NCBI GenBank assembly: GCA_965116875.1 | Contig: OZ220733.1 | Span: 3,456,001-3,520,000 of the forward strand | DNA: 64,000 nt | Direction: 5' to 3' | From: Candidatus Latescibacterota bacterium | GTDB lineage: Bacteria; Latescibacterota; UBA2968; GCA-2709665 | Part shown: positions 48,551 to 60,059 of the stretch, in pieces | Layout of the letters: each line of letters starts with the position of its first letter | Position numbering within the stretch: the first letter of the stretch is position 1 | Translations under genes and position numbers: made by a program | The notes under the pieces: model-generated | The model's input: the letters and a program-made list of their open reading frames with translations, nothing else | What the model was told of the DNA's origin: nothing | The model's database searches: none

Positions 48551-48863
48551 GGGCACCCACAAGGGACGCCCCTACAATCTCAATTAATCATCCGACCACA
48601 TAGCGAATTGTTCGCTCGGTACCGTGTAGGGGCGTCCCTTGTGGGCGCCCTGCTTTTCGCCTCTGCTTGCCTGTCCGTTTCCGACATTACGTATTCGTGG
48701 GTCCACGTCTCCCGATACGTCACCGCCTCCCGCCATGGGGCGTTGTAGATCAGTTTCTTCAGTGGCGGCGTGATGCTTGCTGATCCTGGGTCGATAGCTG
48801 GCGGCGATTCATTTCCTGGAACGTCACCCGTTATCAATGTAGGGGCAACCCTTGTGGGCGCCC
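48551..48863. repeat. Three GTAG-type REP elements (48551-48575 inverted, 48626-48650, 48839-48863)
   Basis: GTAGGGGC..CCCTTGTGGG.GCCC consensus shared with 9282. Confidence 0.8.
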
Positions 48864-48944
48864 ATTGTTTTCATCGCTCCACCCTCAAGAGCTTCGGTTT
48901 CTCGAATCACGCTCTGCGCCGGGTGAGGTCGCATTCCAAAACCA

Positions 48945-48978
48945 AAACAGGCTTGCGCGGTGTCGCGCAAGCCTGTTT
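48945..48978 (-). terminator. Intrinsic terminator downstream of tRNA-Ala
   Basis: AAACAGGCTTGCGCG-gtgt-CGCGCAAGCCTGTTT hairpin; T-rich tail on the minus strand. Confidence 0.75.
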
Positions 48979-48988
48979 CCGTATTCAT

Positions 48989-49064
48989 TGGTGGAGCTGA
49001 TCGGGATCGAACCGACGACCTCATGACTGCCAGTCATGCGCTCTCCCAGCTGAGCTACAGCCCC
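48989..49064 (-). tRNA. tRNA-Ala (GGC)
   Basis: GGGGCTGTAGCTCAGCTGGGAGAGCG-CATGA CTGGCAG TCATG-AGGTCGTCGGTTCGATCCCGATCAGCTCCACCA, 76 nt, G3:U70 pair, encoded CCA. Confidence 0.97.
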
Positions 49065-49207
49065 ACCGCTGGGCAATGTGGAGGAAGTGTAACAAAGCGC
49101 CGGTTTTCTGTCAAGCGAAAAGGCTTGAATCGGGCGCGTCGGGAAGGGGAAACCGAGCGCGAGGGTGCACGATTGTTATGCAGGAAAGGCTTCGCGTCAG
49201 GTAGGTG

Positions 49208-51295
<2,088 letters not shown>

Positions 51296-51378
51296 CTAAA
51301 GTGCGCTTATCTTAAGATAATCAATGAGTTGGGTCAAGCGTTAACACGCTTGCGCCGGACTGATTCCGCGAGGAAACA

Positions 51379-52254
51379 TCAAAGCGTACCCGCGAGGATG
51401 GCCAGCAGCCCCAGCATCATTCCCGCCTTCAGAAACCGGTTGCCCCTGCGGAGGCGGTGTGTGTCCGGAACGCGCAGGACAAAGAACACGATACACGCCA
51501 GCATGACGTCGAGCAGGGAAACGAGGATGAGGTAGGGGAGGCCGTAGAGGCCCATGATGTACGGAACCGGGGTGAGCAGGACCAGAAACGCGTAGATCCC
51601 GGCGGCCAGGCGGCAGGAACTGCGCGGCCCCCAGCGAAGGGGCAGGGTTCCGCCGGGCGCGATGCGGTCCCCAGGGATATCCTGAGCGTCTTTGAGGATT
51701 TCCCTCCCAAGATGGTAGACGGTCGCAAACAGGGCGGGTACGGCGGCGGGTACCGGGGCGCCCACGGCGAACCCGCCGTAGACAAAAGCCATGCCGCACA
51801 GGAGACTCACCGCGAGATTGCCGGCAAGTGGAACGTGTTTCAGCCGTCGATTGTATACCACGAGACATCCGCACGCGAAGACCGCGGTCGCGATGGCTTC
51901 GGGCGGCAGAAACAGGCTCAGGCCGAGGCCGAACGCCATGAGGACAACGCATTCAGCGGCGGCGGCTTGGGGGGAAAGGCGGTTGGAAGGAAGGGGCCTG
52001 CGCGGATGGTTGACGCGATCCGTTTCCAGGTCCCACAGGTCGTTGAGCGCGTTGCCTCCGGCCATGACGGCCGCCGCGGAGAACGCGGCGATCCAGAGAT
52101 GCGCGGGCAGCGCGTGTACGCCCAGCCACCCGCCCATCAGCACGGAAGCCAGGGTGATCAGGCAGTTCTGCGGGCGCGTGATCTGAAATACCGCGCGGAA
52201 GGCGTCGGCTACGGAAAGGTCAGACCGGAGCGGCGCCGGATTCCTCGAAGACAT
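51379..52254 (-). CDS. UbiA-family prenyltransferase, DGGGP-synthase-like
   Basis: TRPQNC, NDLWDLETDRVNHPRRPLPS, REILKDAQDIPGD; multiple TM helices. Confidence 0.82.
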   Translation of the reverse strand: MSSRNPAPLRSDLSVADAFRAVFQITRPQNCLITLASVLMGGWLGVHALPAHLWIAAFSAAAVMAGGNALNDLWDLETDRVNHPRRPLPSNRLSPQAAAAECVVLMAFGLGLSLFLPPEAIATAVFACGCLVVYNRRLKHVPLAGNLAVSLLCGMAFVYGGFAVGAPVPAAVPALFATVYHLGREILKDAQDIPGDRIAPGGTLPLRWGPRSSCRLAAGIYAFLVLLTPVPYIMGLYGLPYLILVSLLDVMLACIVFFVLRVPDTHRLRRGNRFLKAGMMLGLLAILAGTL

Positions 52255-53923
52255 CGGCGGCGTCCCGAATGGAATACCGGTAACCCTGTTCGGTAAGAAA
52301 CATCTGGCGCTTGCGGGCGAATTCCAGTTCCCGGGTATCTCGCGTTACCAGGGTGTAGAAGTGGGCCAGGCTGCCATTGGTCTTGGGTCTGAGAATGCGC
52401 CCCAGCCGCTGGGCTTCTTCCTGCCGGGAACCGAAAGTCCCCGAAATTTGGATGGCGACGTTCGCGTCCGGCAGGTCGACGGCGAAGTTGGCCACCTTGG
52501 AGACGACCATCAGCCGGATATCGCCCTGCCGGAAGCGCGCGTACAACACGTCGCGTTCCTCACTCGGGGTCTTGCCGGTGATGACGGGCGCGTTCAGTTC
52601 TCTGGCGAACGCCTCGACCTGGCTGACGTACTTGCCGATGACCAGGATCTGGTCCTGGTCGTGTTTCCGGATGAGTTGTCTGGCCAGTGGAATTTTGGAC
52701 GGGTTTTCCGAGGCGATCCTGAACTTCCCGCGGCCGCCGGCAACGGCGTAGTCCAGGCGCAGGTGCTGGGGTAGCGGGAGGCGGATCTCACGGCACTCCG
52801 CCGTGGCGATCCAGCCCTTGGACTCCAGGTCGCGCCAGGGCACGTCGAAGCGTTTGGGACCGATGAGACTGAAGACGTCCGCTTCCATGCCGTCTTCGCG
52901 CACGAGCGTGGCCGTGAGGCCAAGCCTGCGTCTGGCCTGGAGCTCGGCGGTAAAGCGAAACACGGGCGCGGGCAGCAGGTGCACTTCGTCGTAGATGATG
53001 ATGCCCCAGTTCCCCTGATTGAAAATTGCGAAATGGGGAAACGGGTCGCCCTTTTTCTTTCTGTACGTGAGGATATTGTAGGTGGCGACGGTGATGGGGC
53101 GGATCTCCTTGACCTCTCCCGAATATTCGCCGATCTGGTCCGCCCTCAGGTCCGTCTTGTCCAGGAGTTCAGCCTTCCATTGGCGCGAGGCGGTGATATT
53201 GGTGGTGAGGATGAGCGCCTGCGTCTGCAGACGTTCGATCGCGGCGATACCCACGATGGTCTTGCCTGCGCCGCAGGGCAGAACCACCACCCCGCTGCCG
53301 CCTTCCGGTCCCCCGCCCGCGTGGAAGATCTCCGCGGCCTCCCGCTGGTAGTCGCGCAGCCGGAAGGGCGGGCCGGAGCGGGTGTTCGGAAGCCGCCGAA
53401 GCGTCAGCCGCCGGCCGGGCACGTATCCGGCGAGGTCCTTGACAGGAAAGCCGATTCGGGTGAGCGCCTGCTTCAGGTGGCCGCGGTACAGCAGGTCGAC
53501 TTTGAGGCGCCGCGCGTCAATCCGGCTATTCAAAAATGGCCGCACCGACTTGTGCCGTGAGATTTCCGTGATGAGCAGCGGGTCGTCGGCGGAGAGGATG
53601 AGGTCGTTCCCGGATCGTTCCAGTCGAATTCGACCGTACCGCCCGAGGGTCTCCCGGATTTCAACCGAGACGTTCTGGGGGACGTCGTATTTGCTGAAGG
53701 TTTCGAGAGCGCCGGTAATTTCGTCCGCCGTGATACCCGCGGCTGCGGCGTTCCAGAGCGACAGCGGGCTGATACGGTAGGTATGGATGTATTCCGGGCT
53801 CTTTTCCAGTTCGGCGAAACGTGCCAGTACGTCCCGGGCGGCTTCATAGCGCGGTCCGCCGACCTCCACCAGAACGGTCATGTCGCTCTGCACGATGAGG
53901 GGATTTTGGGAATCGTATGACAT
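52220..53923 (-). CDS. XPB/Ssl2 (Rad25)-like DNA repair helicase
   Basis: N-terminal PLIVQSD..ELEKSPEYIHTYRISPLSLWNA domain, LPCGAGKT, DEVH, GLTAT, QRLGRILR. Confidence 0.92.
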   Translation of the reverse strand: MSYDSQNPLIVQSDMTVLVEVGGPRYEAARDVLARFAELEKSPEYIHTYRISPLSLWNAAAAGITADEITGALETFSKYDVPQNVSVEIRETLGRYGRIRLERSGNDLILSADDPLLITEISRHKSVRPFLNSRIDARRLKVDLLYRGHLKQALTRIGFPVKDLAGYVPGRRLTLRRLPNTRSGPPFRLRDYQREAAEIFHAGGGPEGGSGVVVLPCGAGKTIVGIAAIERLQTQALILTTNITASRQWKAELLDKTDLRADQIGEYSGEVKEIRPITVATYNILTYRKKKGDPFPHFAIFNQGNWGIIIYDEVHLLPAPVFRFTAELQARRRLGLTATLVREDGMEADVFSLIGPKRFDVPWRDLESKGWIATAECREIRLPLPQHLRLDYAVAGGRGKFRIASENPSKIPLARQLIRKHDQDQILVIGKYVSQVEAFARELNAPVITGKTPSEERDVLYARFRQGDIRLMVVSKVANFAVDLPDANVAIQISGTFGSRQEEAQRLGRILRPKTNGSLAHFYTLVTRDTRELEFARKRQMFLTEQGYRYSIRDAADVFEESGAAPV

Positions 53924-54181
53924 AGAGGCTGGAGACGGGCGTGCAGTCTCCGGGAGAAAGCCGGGAAGGTTGGAACGCTGTTCAGGAAGATCTGCGCAAA
54001 CGGGATCGACCGTCCGAAACCGGCGTCCGATCCGCCACCGGACCCGTCCGGATGGAGGTCTTCAGCGACCGGACGTGAACCGGGTCTGCGCCGTGCAAGA
54101 CATACAAGGATACATAGGGGAGGCAAAATTGTCAATTGGTTTCCCGCAGGCCGGAACCACGAGCAGATTAAAGAAAATAAT

Positions 54182-54227
54182 TTGACTTTAAACGCGGGTT
54201 TACATAAAATTAAATGTCTGATAATAT
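54182..54227 (+). promoter_or_regulatory. Two overlapping sigma70-like promoters
   Basis: TTGACT(54182)-17 bp-TAAAAT(54205) and TTTACA(54199)-17 bp-TAATAT(54222) in an AT-rich island. Confidence 0.6.
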
Positions 54228-54362
54228 AAAGTGGGCCAGTGGTTTCCGGCGTCCGTGTTTCGCATGGCCATTGGGTGTCGTCGACCTGTGGAGCAAGGTG
54301 GCGTCGGGTACTTGCAGCGCATTTCGGGAGGAGCCACAATTCCAGTGGAGGGGAGGGTCCGG

Positions 54363-54554
54363 ATGGAGAGTCAATTTCCACAGTGTCTGAAGTGTGATAA
54401 GGGTATTCTGCTTCCTTTGTCAGACTACGGGCGTGACGGCGCGCCCATACATTATAAGGCCTGGGTTTGCAGCAATCCAGACTGCGGGTTCAACCTGCGA
54501 ATCGACAATGGCGAAATCAGCATGGGAAGAAACATCGCCGAGTCGTACAAATAA
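54363..54554 (+). CDS. Small zinc-ribbon-like hypothetical protein (63 aa)
   Basis: GGAGGG RBS; CLKC...CSNPDC Cys pairs. Confidence 0.75.
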   Translation: MESQFPQCLKCDKGILLPLSDYGRDGAPIHYKAWVCSNPDCGFNLRIDNGEISMGRNIAESYK

Positions 54555-54880
54555 CCCTGTAACAGCACGCTGATAAACACGCTCGGCTGGCGAGGTATCG
54601 TGTCCCGTCCCTGATTACGGGCCGGCCGGGGTTCACACCCTGGATCAGAATCGCGCCAGCCGTGCCCCCGCCGGGTATCGATGCAGCCGGTTTCCGTGTG
54701 GTGACCGGAGTCCTTCGCGGCGCCAGACGGTTTCACCCATCGGGTCTCGTATCCTGATTTTGAACGTTTTTTTCAACCGGTCTTGAATTTCTTTCCCGCC
54801 TCGCCCTGGGCCATCCCCTGATCAACGGGGGTGGCGCTTTATTTCCGGCGTCCGCTCCCCTCCGCCTATTAAGCGTCCAT

Positions 54881-55936
54881 ATGTCTCTTCAATCCAGGGA
54901 ATCCGTTCAGCCCGTATGGGATCGTCCTGTACTGGGCATCGAAACGTCGTGCGACGAAACGGCCGCCGCGGTGGTGGCGGGCAACCGTATTCTGTCGAAC
55001 GTGATATTTTCCCAGACGGAGCACAGTCTCTACGGCGGCGTGGTTCCCGAACTGGCGTCGCGGAACCATGTGCGCAAAATCGTGCCGGTGGTGCGAGAGG
55101 CGCTGTCCGGGGCAGGAGTCGGGCTGGATGAACTCGGGGGAATCGCGGTCACCAGCGGTCCCGGCCTTGTCGGGTGCCTGCTCGTGGGTATTTCAACCGC
55201 GAAGGGGCTGGCGTTGGGCAGCGGCCGTCCGCTGATTGGCGTACATCATATCGAGGGACATCTCTTCGCGGGACTGCTTGGCGACGCCAACCTGTGCCCG
55301 CCATTTCTGGCTCTCGTGATTTCCGGCGGCCATACCCAGCTGATCCACGTGCGCCGGTGGGGCCTGTACGAGGTCTGCGGCGAAACACGGGACGACGCGG
55401 CCGGGGAAGCCTTCGACAAGGTGGCGAAGATGCTGGGCGTGCTGAGGAAGGGTGAAACGACCATGGGCGGGCCGGTTATTTCCCGTCTGGCGGAAGACGG
55501 CGACGACCGCGCATTTGCATTTCCGCGGGGACTCCGGCATCAGGACGGGTTCGAATTCAGCTTCAGTGGGATCAAGACAGCGGTCCTGTACCATCTCAAG
55601 AGCCGGTCCGAAGCCGACGTCGCGGAGGAACAGGCGGATATCGCCGCCAGCTTCCAGGCAGCGGTTGTGGATGTGCTTGTGGAAAAGACGATTCAAGCGG
55701 CGGACGCTCTCAACCTGAATCGGATACTGTTGACGGGCGGCGTGGCGGCGAACCGGCGTCTGCGGGAAGAGATGCACGGCGCCGCCGCCGATTCAGGGGT
55801 GGAGGTCTGTTTTCCGCCGCCGGTCCTGTGTACCGACAACGCGGCGATGATCGCGTGCGCCGGGGGCTTCCGGCTTGGCAGGGGTGAGCGATCGGGGCGG
55901 GATCTGGATGCCGATCCGAGAATGAAACTGGCGTGA
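54881..55936 (+). CDS. tsaD: tRNA N6-adenosine threonylcarbamoyltransferase
   Basis: LGIETSCDET, GGVVPELASRNH, HHIEGH, SGGHT, DDAAGEAFDK, TDNAAMIA. Confidence 0.96.
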   Translation: MSLQSRESVQPVWDRPVLGIETSCDETAAAVVAGNRILSNVIFSQTEHSLYGGVVPELASRNHVRKIVPVVREALSGAGVGLDELGGIAVTSGPGLVGCLLVGISTAKGLALGSGRPLIGVHHIEGHLFAGLLGDANLCPPFLALVISGGHTQLIHVRRWGLYEVCGETRDDAAGEAFDKVAKMLGVLRKGETTMGGPVISRLAEDGDDRAFAFPRGLRHQDGFEFSFSGIKTAVLYHLKSRSEADVAEEQADIAASFQAAVVDVLVEKTIQAADALNLNRILLTGGVAANRRLREEMHGAAADSGVEVCFPPPVLCTDNAAMIACAGGFRLGRGERSGRDLDADPRMKLA

Positions 55937-55938
55937 TC

Positions 55939-56105
55939 TAGTGTTCTGTCCCGGAAATAAGTTGCCTAAATTCGGCCGCTGAGTCGCCCGTCTCGCAAGG
56001 CGCCGGAGCGCAGGCGACCTGGGTATGGTCGGCGAGCGAGGGGAACGTAGCGAGACGGGATGAATCGGCGGCCGAATGGTGAGGAATTTTTGGGACAGAA
56101 CACTA
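55939..56105. mobile_element. 167-bp MITE with perfect terminal inverted repeats ending in TA
   Basis: TAGTGTTCTGTCCC ... GGGACAGAACACTA; internal long hairpin (CCCGTCTCGC/GCGAGACGGG) around CAAGGCG...AACGTAG. Confidence 0.8.
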
Positions 56106-58273
56106 TGTTCGAGTTGTCAGATCTGGATCTGAGTTTGCGCGACGGATTGTGGCTGGGTCTGCTCGCGCCGGTCTGCGTTTACCTGGCCTTGCAGGTGTAC
56201 CGTACGCGCAGACACGGATTCCGGTTGGCACGTTGGTTGCTTGTATTCCGGTGCACCGCGTTTCTTTTCTTGCTGGCGCTGATGATGGAGCCCGTCCTGG
56301 CGCTCACGTTGCGCCGTGAGCGGAAGCCGCTCGTGGCCGTCCTGGTGGACGACAGCGAGAGCATGCGCATCGAGGATGACGGGCGGAGACGCGGCGATCT
56401 CGCGATCGACCTCCTCAGGAGCGGCGGATTCGAAGCGCTGGAGTCGCGCGCGCGGATTGCCTGGTATCGCTTCTCCGAGTGGCTGGCGCCCATCCCGGAG
56501 GCGGGCGCGGATTCACTCCGCTTCGACGGGCGGGCCACGGACGTGGCCGCGGCGCTCGATCTGCTCAGGGAGGAAACGGCCGGCGAGGGGCTGGTCGCGG
56601 CGGTGCTGATTTCGGACGGGGCGCACAACCTCGGCGCGAGGCCGGAACGGGCCGCGCTCGCGCTGGGTGCGCCCGTGATTGCGGTCGGCGTGGGAAACCC
56701 GGACGAGCCGAAGGACGTGGCGATCCTTTCGGCCGTATGCGATCCCATGGGGTACGTCGGGCGTCCGCTGTCGATTTCGGTGGGCCTGAAGTCCAGCGGT
56801 TATGGAGGCGCAAGTTCCCTTCTGGTTGTCGAAGAGGAGGGACGCCGGGTGGCGGAGGCGCCGGTGACGCTGACGGACGGCGAGCAGGAGGTCCGGTTTG
56901 CGATGGCTCCGGATCGACCGGGCCGGCGTGTCTATCGGATTCATCTCGCGGCCCGGCCGGGAGAACGTTCTACAGCCAACAATACCGCCGTCGTTTCAAC
57001 GGAGGTTATCGAGAACCGCCTGCGCGTGAGGATTGCAGCGGGCTCCCCGAGTGCGGATCTTGCCTATCTGCGCAGGGTGCTGGATGCCAACGAGAATCTT
57101 CAGGTGGAACTGTTCGTCGCAGGAAAGACGGTCGACTGGCCGAACCGGATGCGGGCCGCACTGGCCGATCCCGACACATCCGGGCTTCTTGTTCTGTTCG
57201 ATCTGCCCGGAGAGATCATTTCAGGGCAATCCGGACGCCGTTTGGTCGAATACGTGGAATCGGGCGGCGCAATGCTCGTCGTTGGCGGTCCGGCTGGATT
57301 CAACGGGGCTTACGCCCGGTCGCCGGTCGCGCGCGTGCTGCCGGTTGCGTGTACCCAGGACGCCGATACATACCGGGAGGCGTCGTTCCGGCTTGAATTG
57401 TCACGGTCGGGACCCGTGCATCCCATTCTTCGGGTCTCGGACGATCCGCTGGCGGACCGGCAGGCCTGGAGCGATCTGCCGCCGCTGCTGGCCTGCAATG
57501 TAAACCGTGGGCTTCAAGGCGATGCGGAAACCCTCATCTATCATCCCGTCGAGCGTGCGGGCGGGGAGAAGATGCCGCTGGTTGCGGTGCGCCGCGTGGG
57601 GACGGGCAAGGTGATGGCCGTGGCGGCAAGGACGTTCTGGCGGCTCGGCCTCATGATGTGGGGTGTGGGTGGGAACGACGAAGTCTCGAATGCATTCTGG
57701 GCAAATTCGGTTCAGTGGCTGGTCAAGCGTGAGGACGTCGGCCGGATTCAGGTGGAGGTGGACAAACCCGTCTATCGCAGCGGCGCGCCGGTAACGTTCC
57801 ACGCCCGTGTCTTCAACGAGTTGCTCCAGCCGCAGGAGGGCGCCCGCGTGGCGGTTTCCGTGGTGGACGAGGGCCGCACGCGCCAGACGATTCTGGACGA
57901 TGAAGGCCAGGGACGTTACCGGGGTCAACTGAAGGCAGGCGCGCAGGGAGAGTACGTGTATGAGGTTCGGGCCCTGGCCGGCGGCGTCGATCTGGGGAGC
58001 GCGACAGGCCGATTCACCGTGGGCCGGTACAGTCTGGAGTTCGAAGACATGCGGCTGAACAGAGAACTTCTTGAATCCGTTGGCGCACAAAGCGGAGGCG
58101 CCTACACGCCGCCCGAACGCCTGCGCGAGGTCCTGGGCGACCTCAACCTGGCGCCACAGGCGGTGGCGGAGTCGCACCGGGCGCGGTTGTGGGGAAAACC
58201 GTGGCCGCTTTTCGTTCTCATCGTACTCCTCGGTGTGGAATGGACCGTCAGGCGCAGGCTGGGAATGATATGA
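56105..58273 (+). CDS. Membrane-anchored VWA-domain protein with glutamine-amidotransferase-like domain
   Basis: N-terminal TMs, VLVDDSESM (MIDAS), ISDGAHN, YVESGGAMLVVGG, C-terminal TM with EWTVRRRLG. Confidence 0.8.
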   Translation: MFELSDLDLSLRDGLWLGLLAPVCVYLALQVYRTRRHGFRLARWLLVFRCTAFLFLLALMMEPVLALTLRRERKPLVAVLVDDSESMRIEDDGRRRGDLAIDLLRSGGFEALESRARIAWYRFSEWLAPIPEAGADSLRFDGRATDVAAALDLLREETAGEGLVAAVLISDGAHNLGARPERAALALGAPVIAVGVGNPDEPKDVAILSAVCDPMGYVGRPLSISVGLKSSGYGGASSLLVVEEEGRRVAEAPVTLTDGEQEVRFAMAPDRPGRRVYRIHLAARPGERSTANNTAVVSTEVIENRLRVRIAAGSPSADLAYLRRVLDANENLQVELFVAGKTVDWPNRMRAALADPDTSGLLVLFDLPGEIISGQSGRRLVEYVESGGAMLVVGGPAGFNGAYARSPVARVLPVACTQDADTYREASFRLELSRSGPVHPILRVSDDPLADRQAWSDLPPLLACNVNRGLQGDAETLIYHPVERAGGEKMPLVAVRRVGTGKVMAVAARTFWRLGLMMWGVGGNDEVSNAFWANSVQWLVKREDVGRIQVEVDKPVYRSGAPVTFHARVFNELLQPQEGARVAVSVVDEGRTRQTILDDEGQGRYRGQLKAGAQGEYVYEVRALAGGVDLGSATGRFTVGRYSLEFEDMRLNRELLESVGAQSGGAYTPPERLREVLGDLNLAPQAVAESHRARLWGKPWPLFVLIVLLGVEWTVRRRLGMI

Positions 58274-59964
58274 GCGGGCTCTCGACCGGTCGGAGTATCA
58301 GGAAACGGGGCAGTGGCGCCAGGCTGGTCGTTGGGGGCGCTGCCTTGCTCCTCGCCGTCATGACGTCCTGTGTCGGGGCGGAGGGGCGCGTGGTGATCAG
58401 CGAGGTCATGTTCGACCCGTCCGGCAGCGAGTTTTACGACGAGTATATAGAGATTCAGAATACGGGCAGCGAACCCGTGGATCTCGCCGGCTGGCTGGCT
58501 GGAGACGGCGACGAAGCGGATGAACTGGTGTTCGAGAACGAGACCGTGCTGCAGCCGGGGGCGTTCGGGCTGATTCTGGATTCCGGGTATTTCGCTCATT
58601 CGACCCGGTACGATCCGCTGCCGCCGTCCGCATTGATCCTCACCGTGGCGGACGCCACAATCGGGAACTCGGGTCTGAGCAATTCAGCCCCGGAACGGAT
58701 TGTACTGGTTTCATCGACCGGCGACACCGTGGGCGCGATGGTCTACACGACGGGAAACAAGCCGGGGTATTCCGAGGAGAAAGTGGACCCTGCCGGGGAC
58801 GACGGACCGGATAACTGGATGGACTCGCGTTGGGAGGGGGGGACGCCGGGACGCGTCAACAGCGTCAGCCCCAAAGACTTCGACCTGGCTCTGGAAAGGG
58901 TTTCGGAGTCGCCGTTTCCGGTTCCGGCGGGCGTCGTGCGTGACTTTGTCCTGCAGGCGGTTAACCGGGGGCGTCGGCCGGCGACGGCGTTTTTCGTGAA
59001 TGTGAAGGGAATTACCGAGTGGCATCGGGATTTCCCGGTCCTCGAGCCCGCCGGGCGTCTCCGGATCGAGGCGCCCATCGGAATCGTACCTGCGGGTCAG
59101 CACGAATACGTGGCCAGGTTGGGCTTCGACGCCGATGAGGACACTTCCAACAATCAGGTCACCTGGACCGTACTCGGCGGCGTCGGGCCCCGGGCGGTAA
59201 TCGTAAACGAAGTCATGTATGCTCCCGATGAGGGTGAGGCGGAGTGGGTGGAACTCCACAACCGTTCCGGGCGGGCGCTGGACGTGATCGCGTGGCGGAT
59301 CCAGGACTCGAAGTCTCCGGGAGATCCGTTCGGAGGCGAGCCCCTGCGACTGCAGAGCGATGGGTACCTGGTGGTTGCCGAGGACGAGGAGCGGTTTTAC
59401 AGCCGGTTCCCCGACCGCACCGTTCAGGTCGTTGCGCCCGGGAAATGGGCCCGTTTGAACAACAGCGGCGACGCCGTCGTCTTGCGCGACGCATCCGGCG
59501 CCGTTGTGGACAGTATGGTTTACGAACCCGTGGCTTTCACCGGGCAGTCGCTCGAACGAATCTCGGGTTCCGGACCGAGCGGCGATCTGCTGAACTGGCT
59601 GGCGAGTACAGACGAGGACGGCGCGACGCCGGGGCGTGAAAACAGCGTGTCGCTGCAACCCGGCATCGATGCCGTTCGCCTGGTGGCCGAGCCCAATCCC
59701 TTCTACGACCGGGTGGAAATCCGCTATCTGCTTCCGGAGCCCCGCGCCCACGTGAACCTGTGGGTGTACGACAGGTCCGGCCATCCGGTAAAGGCGCTCC
59801 TCAATGCCGCTGCCGGAGGCAGCCGGAGACGGGTGGCCTGGGACGGGTCGGATGAAGAAGGCGCACCGTTGAAGCCCGGCATTTATATCTTATTTTTGGA
59901 GACTTCGCTCAAAGGCCGTATCTTTAGGACCAAAGCCCCTGTCGTACTGGCGAGAGGTCTGTAA
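58270..59964 (+). CDS. Lamin-tail-domain (2x LTD) protein with C-terminal FlgD-Ig-like domain
   Basis: VISEVMFDP..EYIEIQN and VNEVMY..EWVELHN LTD motifs, GTPGRVNS/ATPGRENS, PNPF...WDG...PGIY. Confidence 0.82.
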   Translation: MSGLSTGRSIRKRGSGARLVVGGAALLLAVMTSCVGAEGRVVISEVMFDPSGSEFYDEYIEIQNTGSEPVDLAGWLAGDGDEADELVFENETVLQPGAFGLILDSGYFAHSTRYDPLPPSALILTVADATIGNSGLSNSAPERIVLVSSTGDTVGAMVYTTGNKPGYSEEKVDPAGDDGPDNWMDSRWEGGTPGRVNSVSPKDFDLALERVSESPFPVPAGVVRDFVLQAVNRGRRPATAFFVNVKGITEWHRDFPVLEPAGRLRIEAPIGIVPAGQHEYVARLGFDADEDTSNNQVTWTVLGGVGPRAVIVNEVMYAPDEGEAEWVELHNRSGRALDVIAWRIQDSKSPGDPFGGEPLRLQSDGYLVVAEDEERFYSRFPDRTVQVVAPGKWARLNNSGDAVVLRDASGAVVDSMVYEPVAFTGQSLERISGSGPSGDLLNWLASTDEDGATPGRENSVSLQPGIDAVRLVAEPNPFYDRVEIRYLLPEPRAHVNLWVYDRSGHPVKALLNAAAGGSRRRVAWDGSDEEGAPLKPGIYILFLETSLKGRIFRTKAPVVLARGL

Positions 59965-60059
59965 CCCGCAGCGCCGGCGCGTCCCCTGCGCCGGAGATAC
60001 CGTAGAGACCCACGCGTGTACTCTCCCCTTGTATGCATCAAGACAAGGGTGGCTCACTT

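Noticed and set aside
48989-49064. tRNA-Ala as attachment site of the repeat-protein island
   Set aside because: I found no duplicated tRNA 3' end and no integrase in the window; a distant att site cannot be excluded.
54555-54880. Possible ncRNA between the small Cys protein and tsaD
   Set aside because: GC-rich and foldable, but no recognisable RNA family motif by eye; needs an Rfam search.
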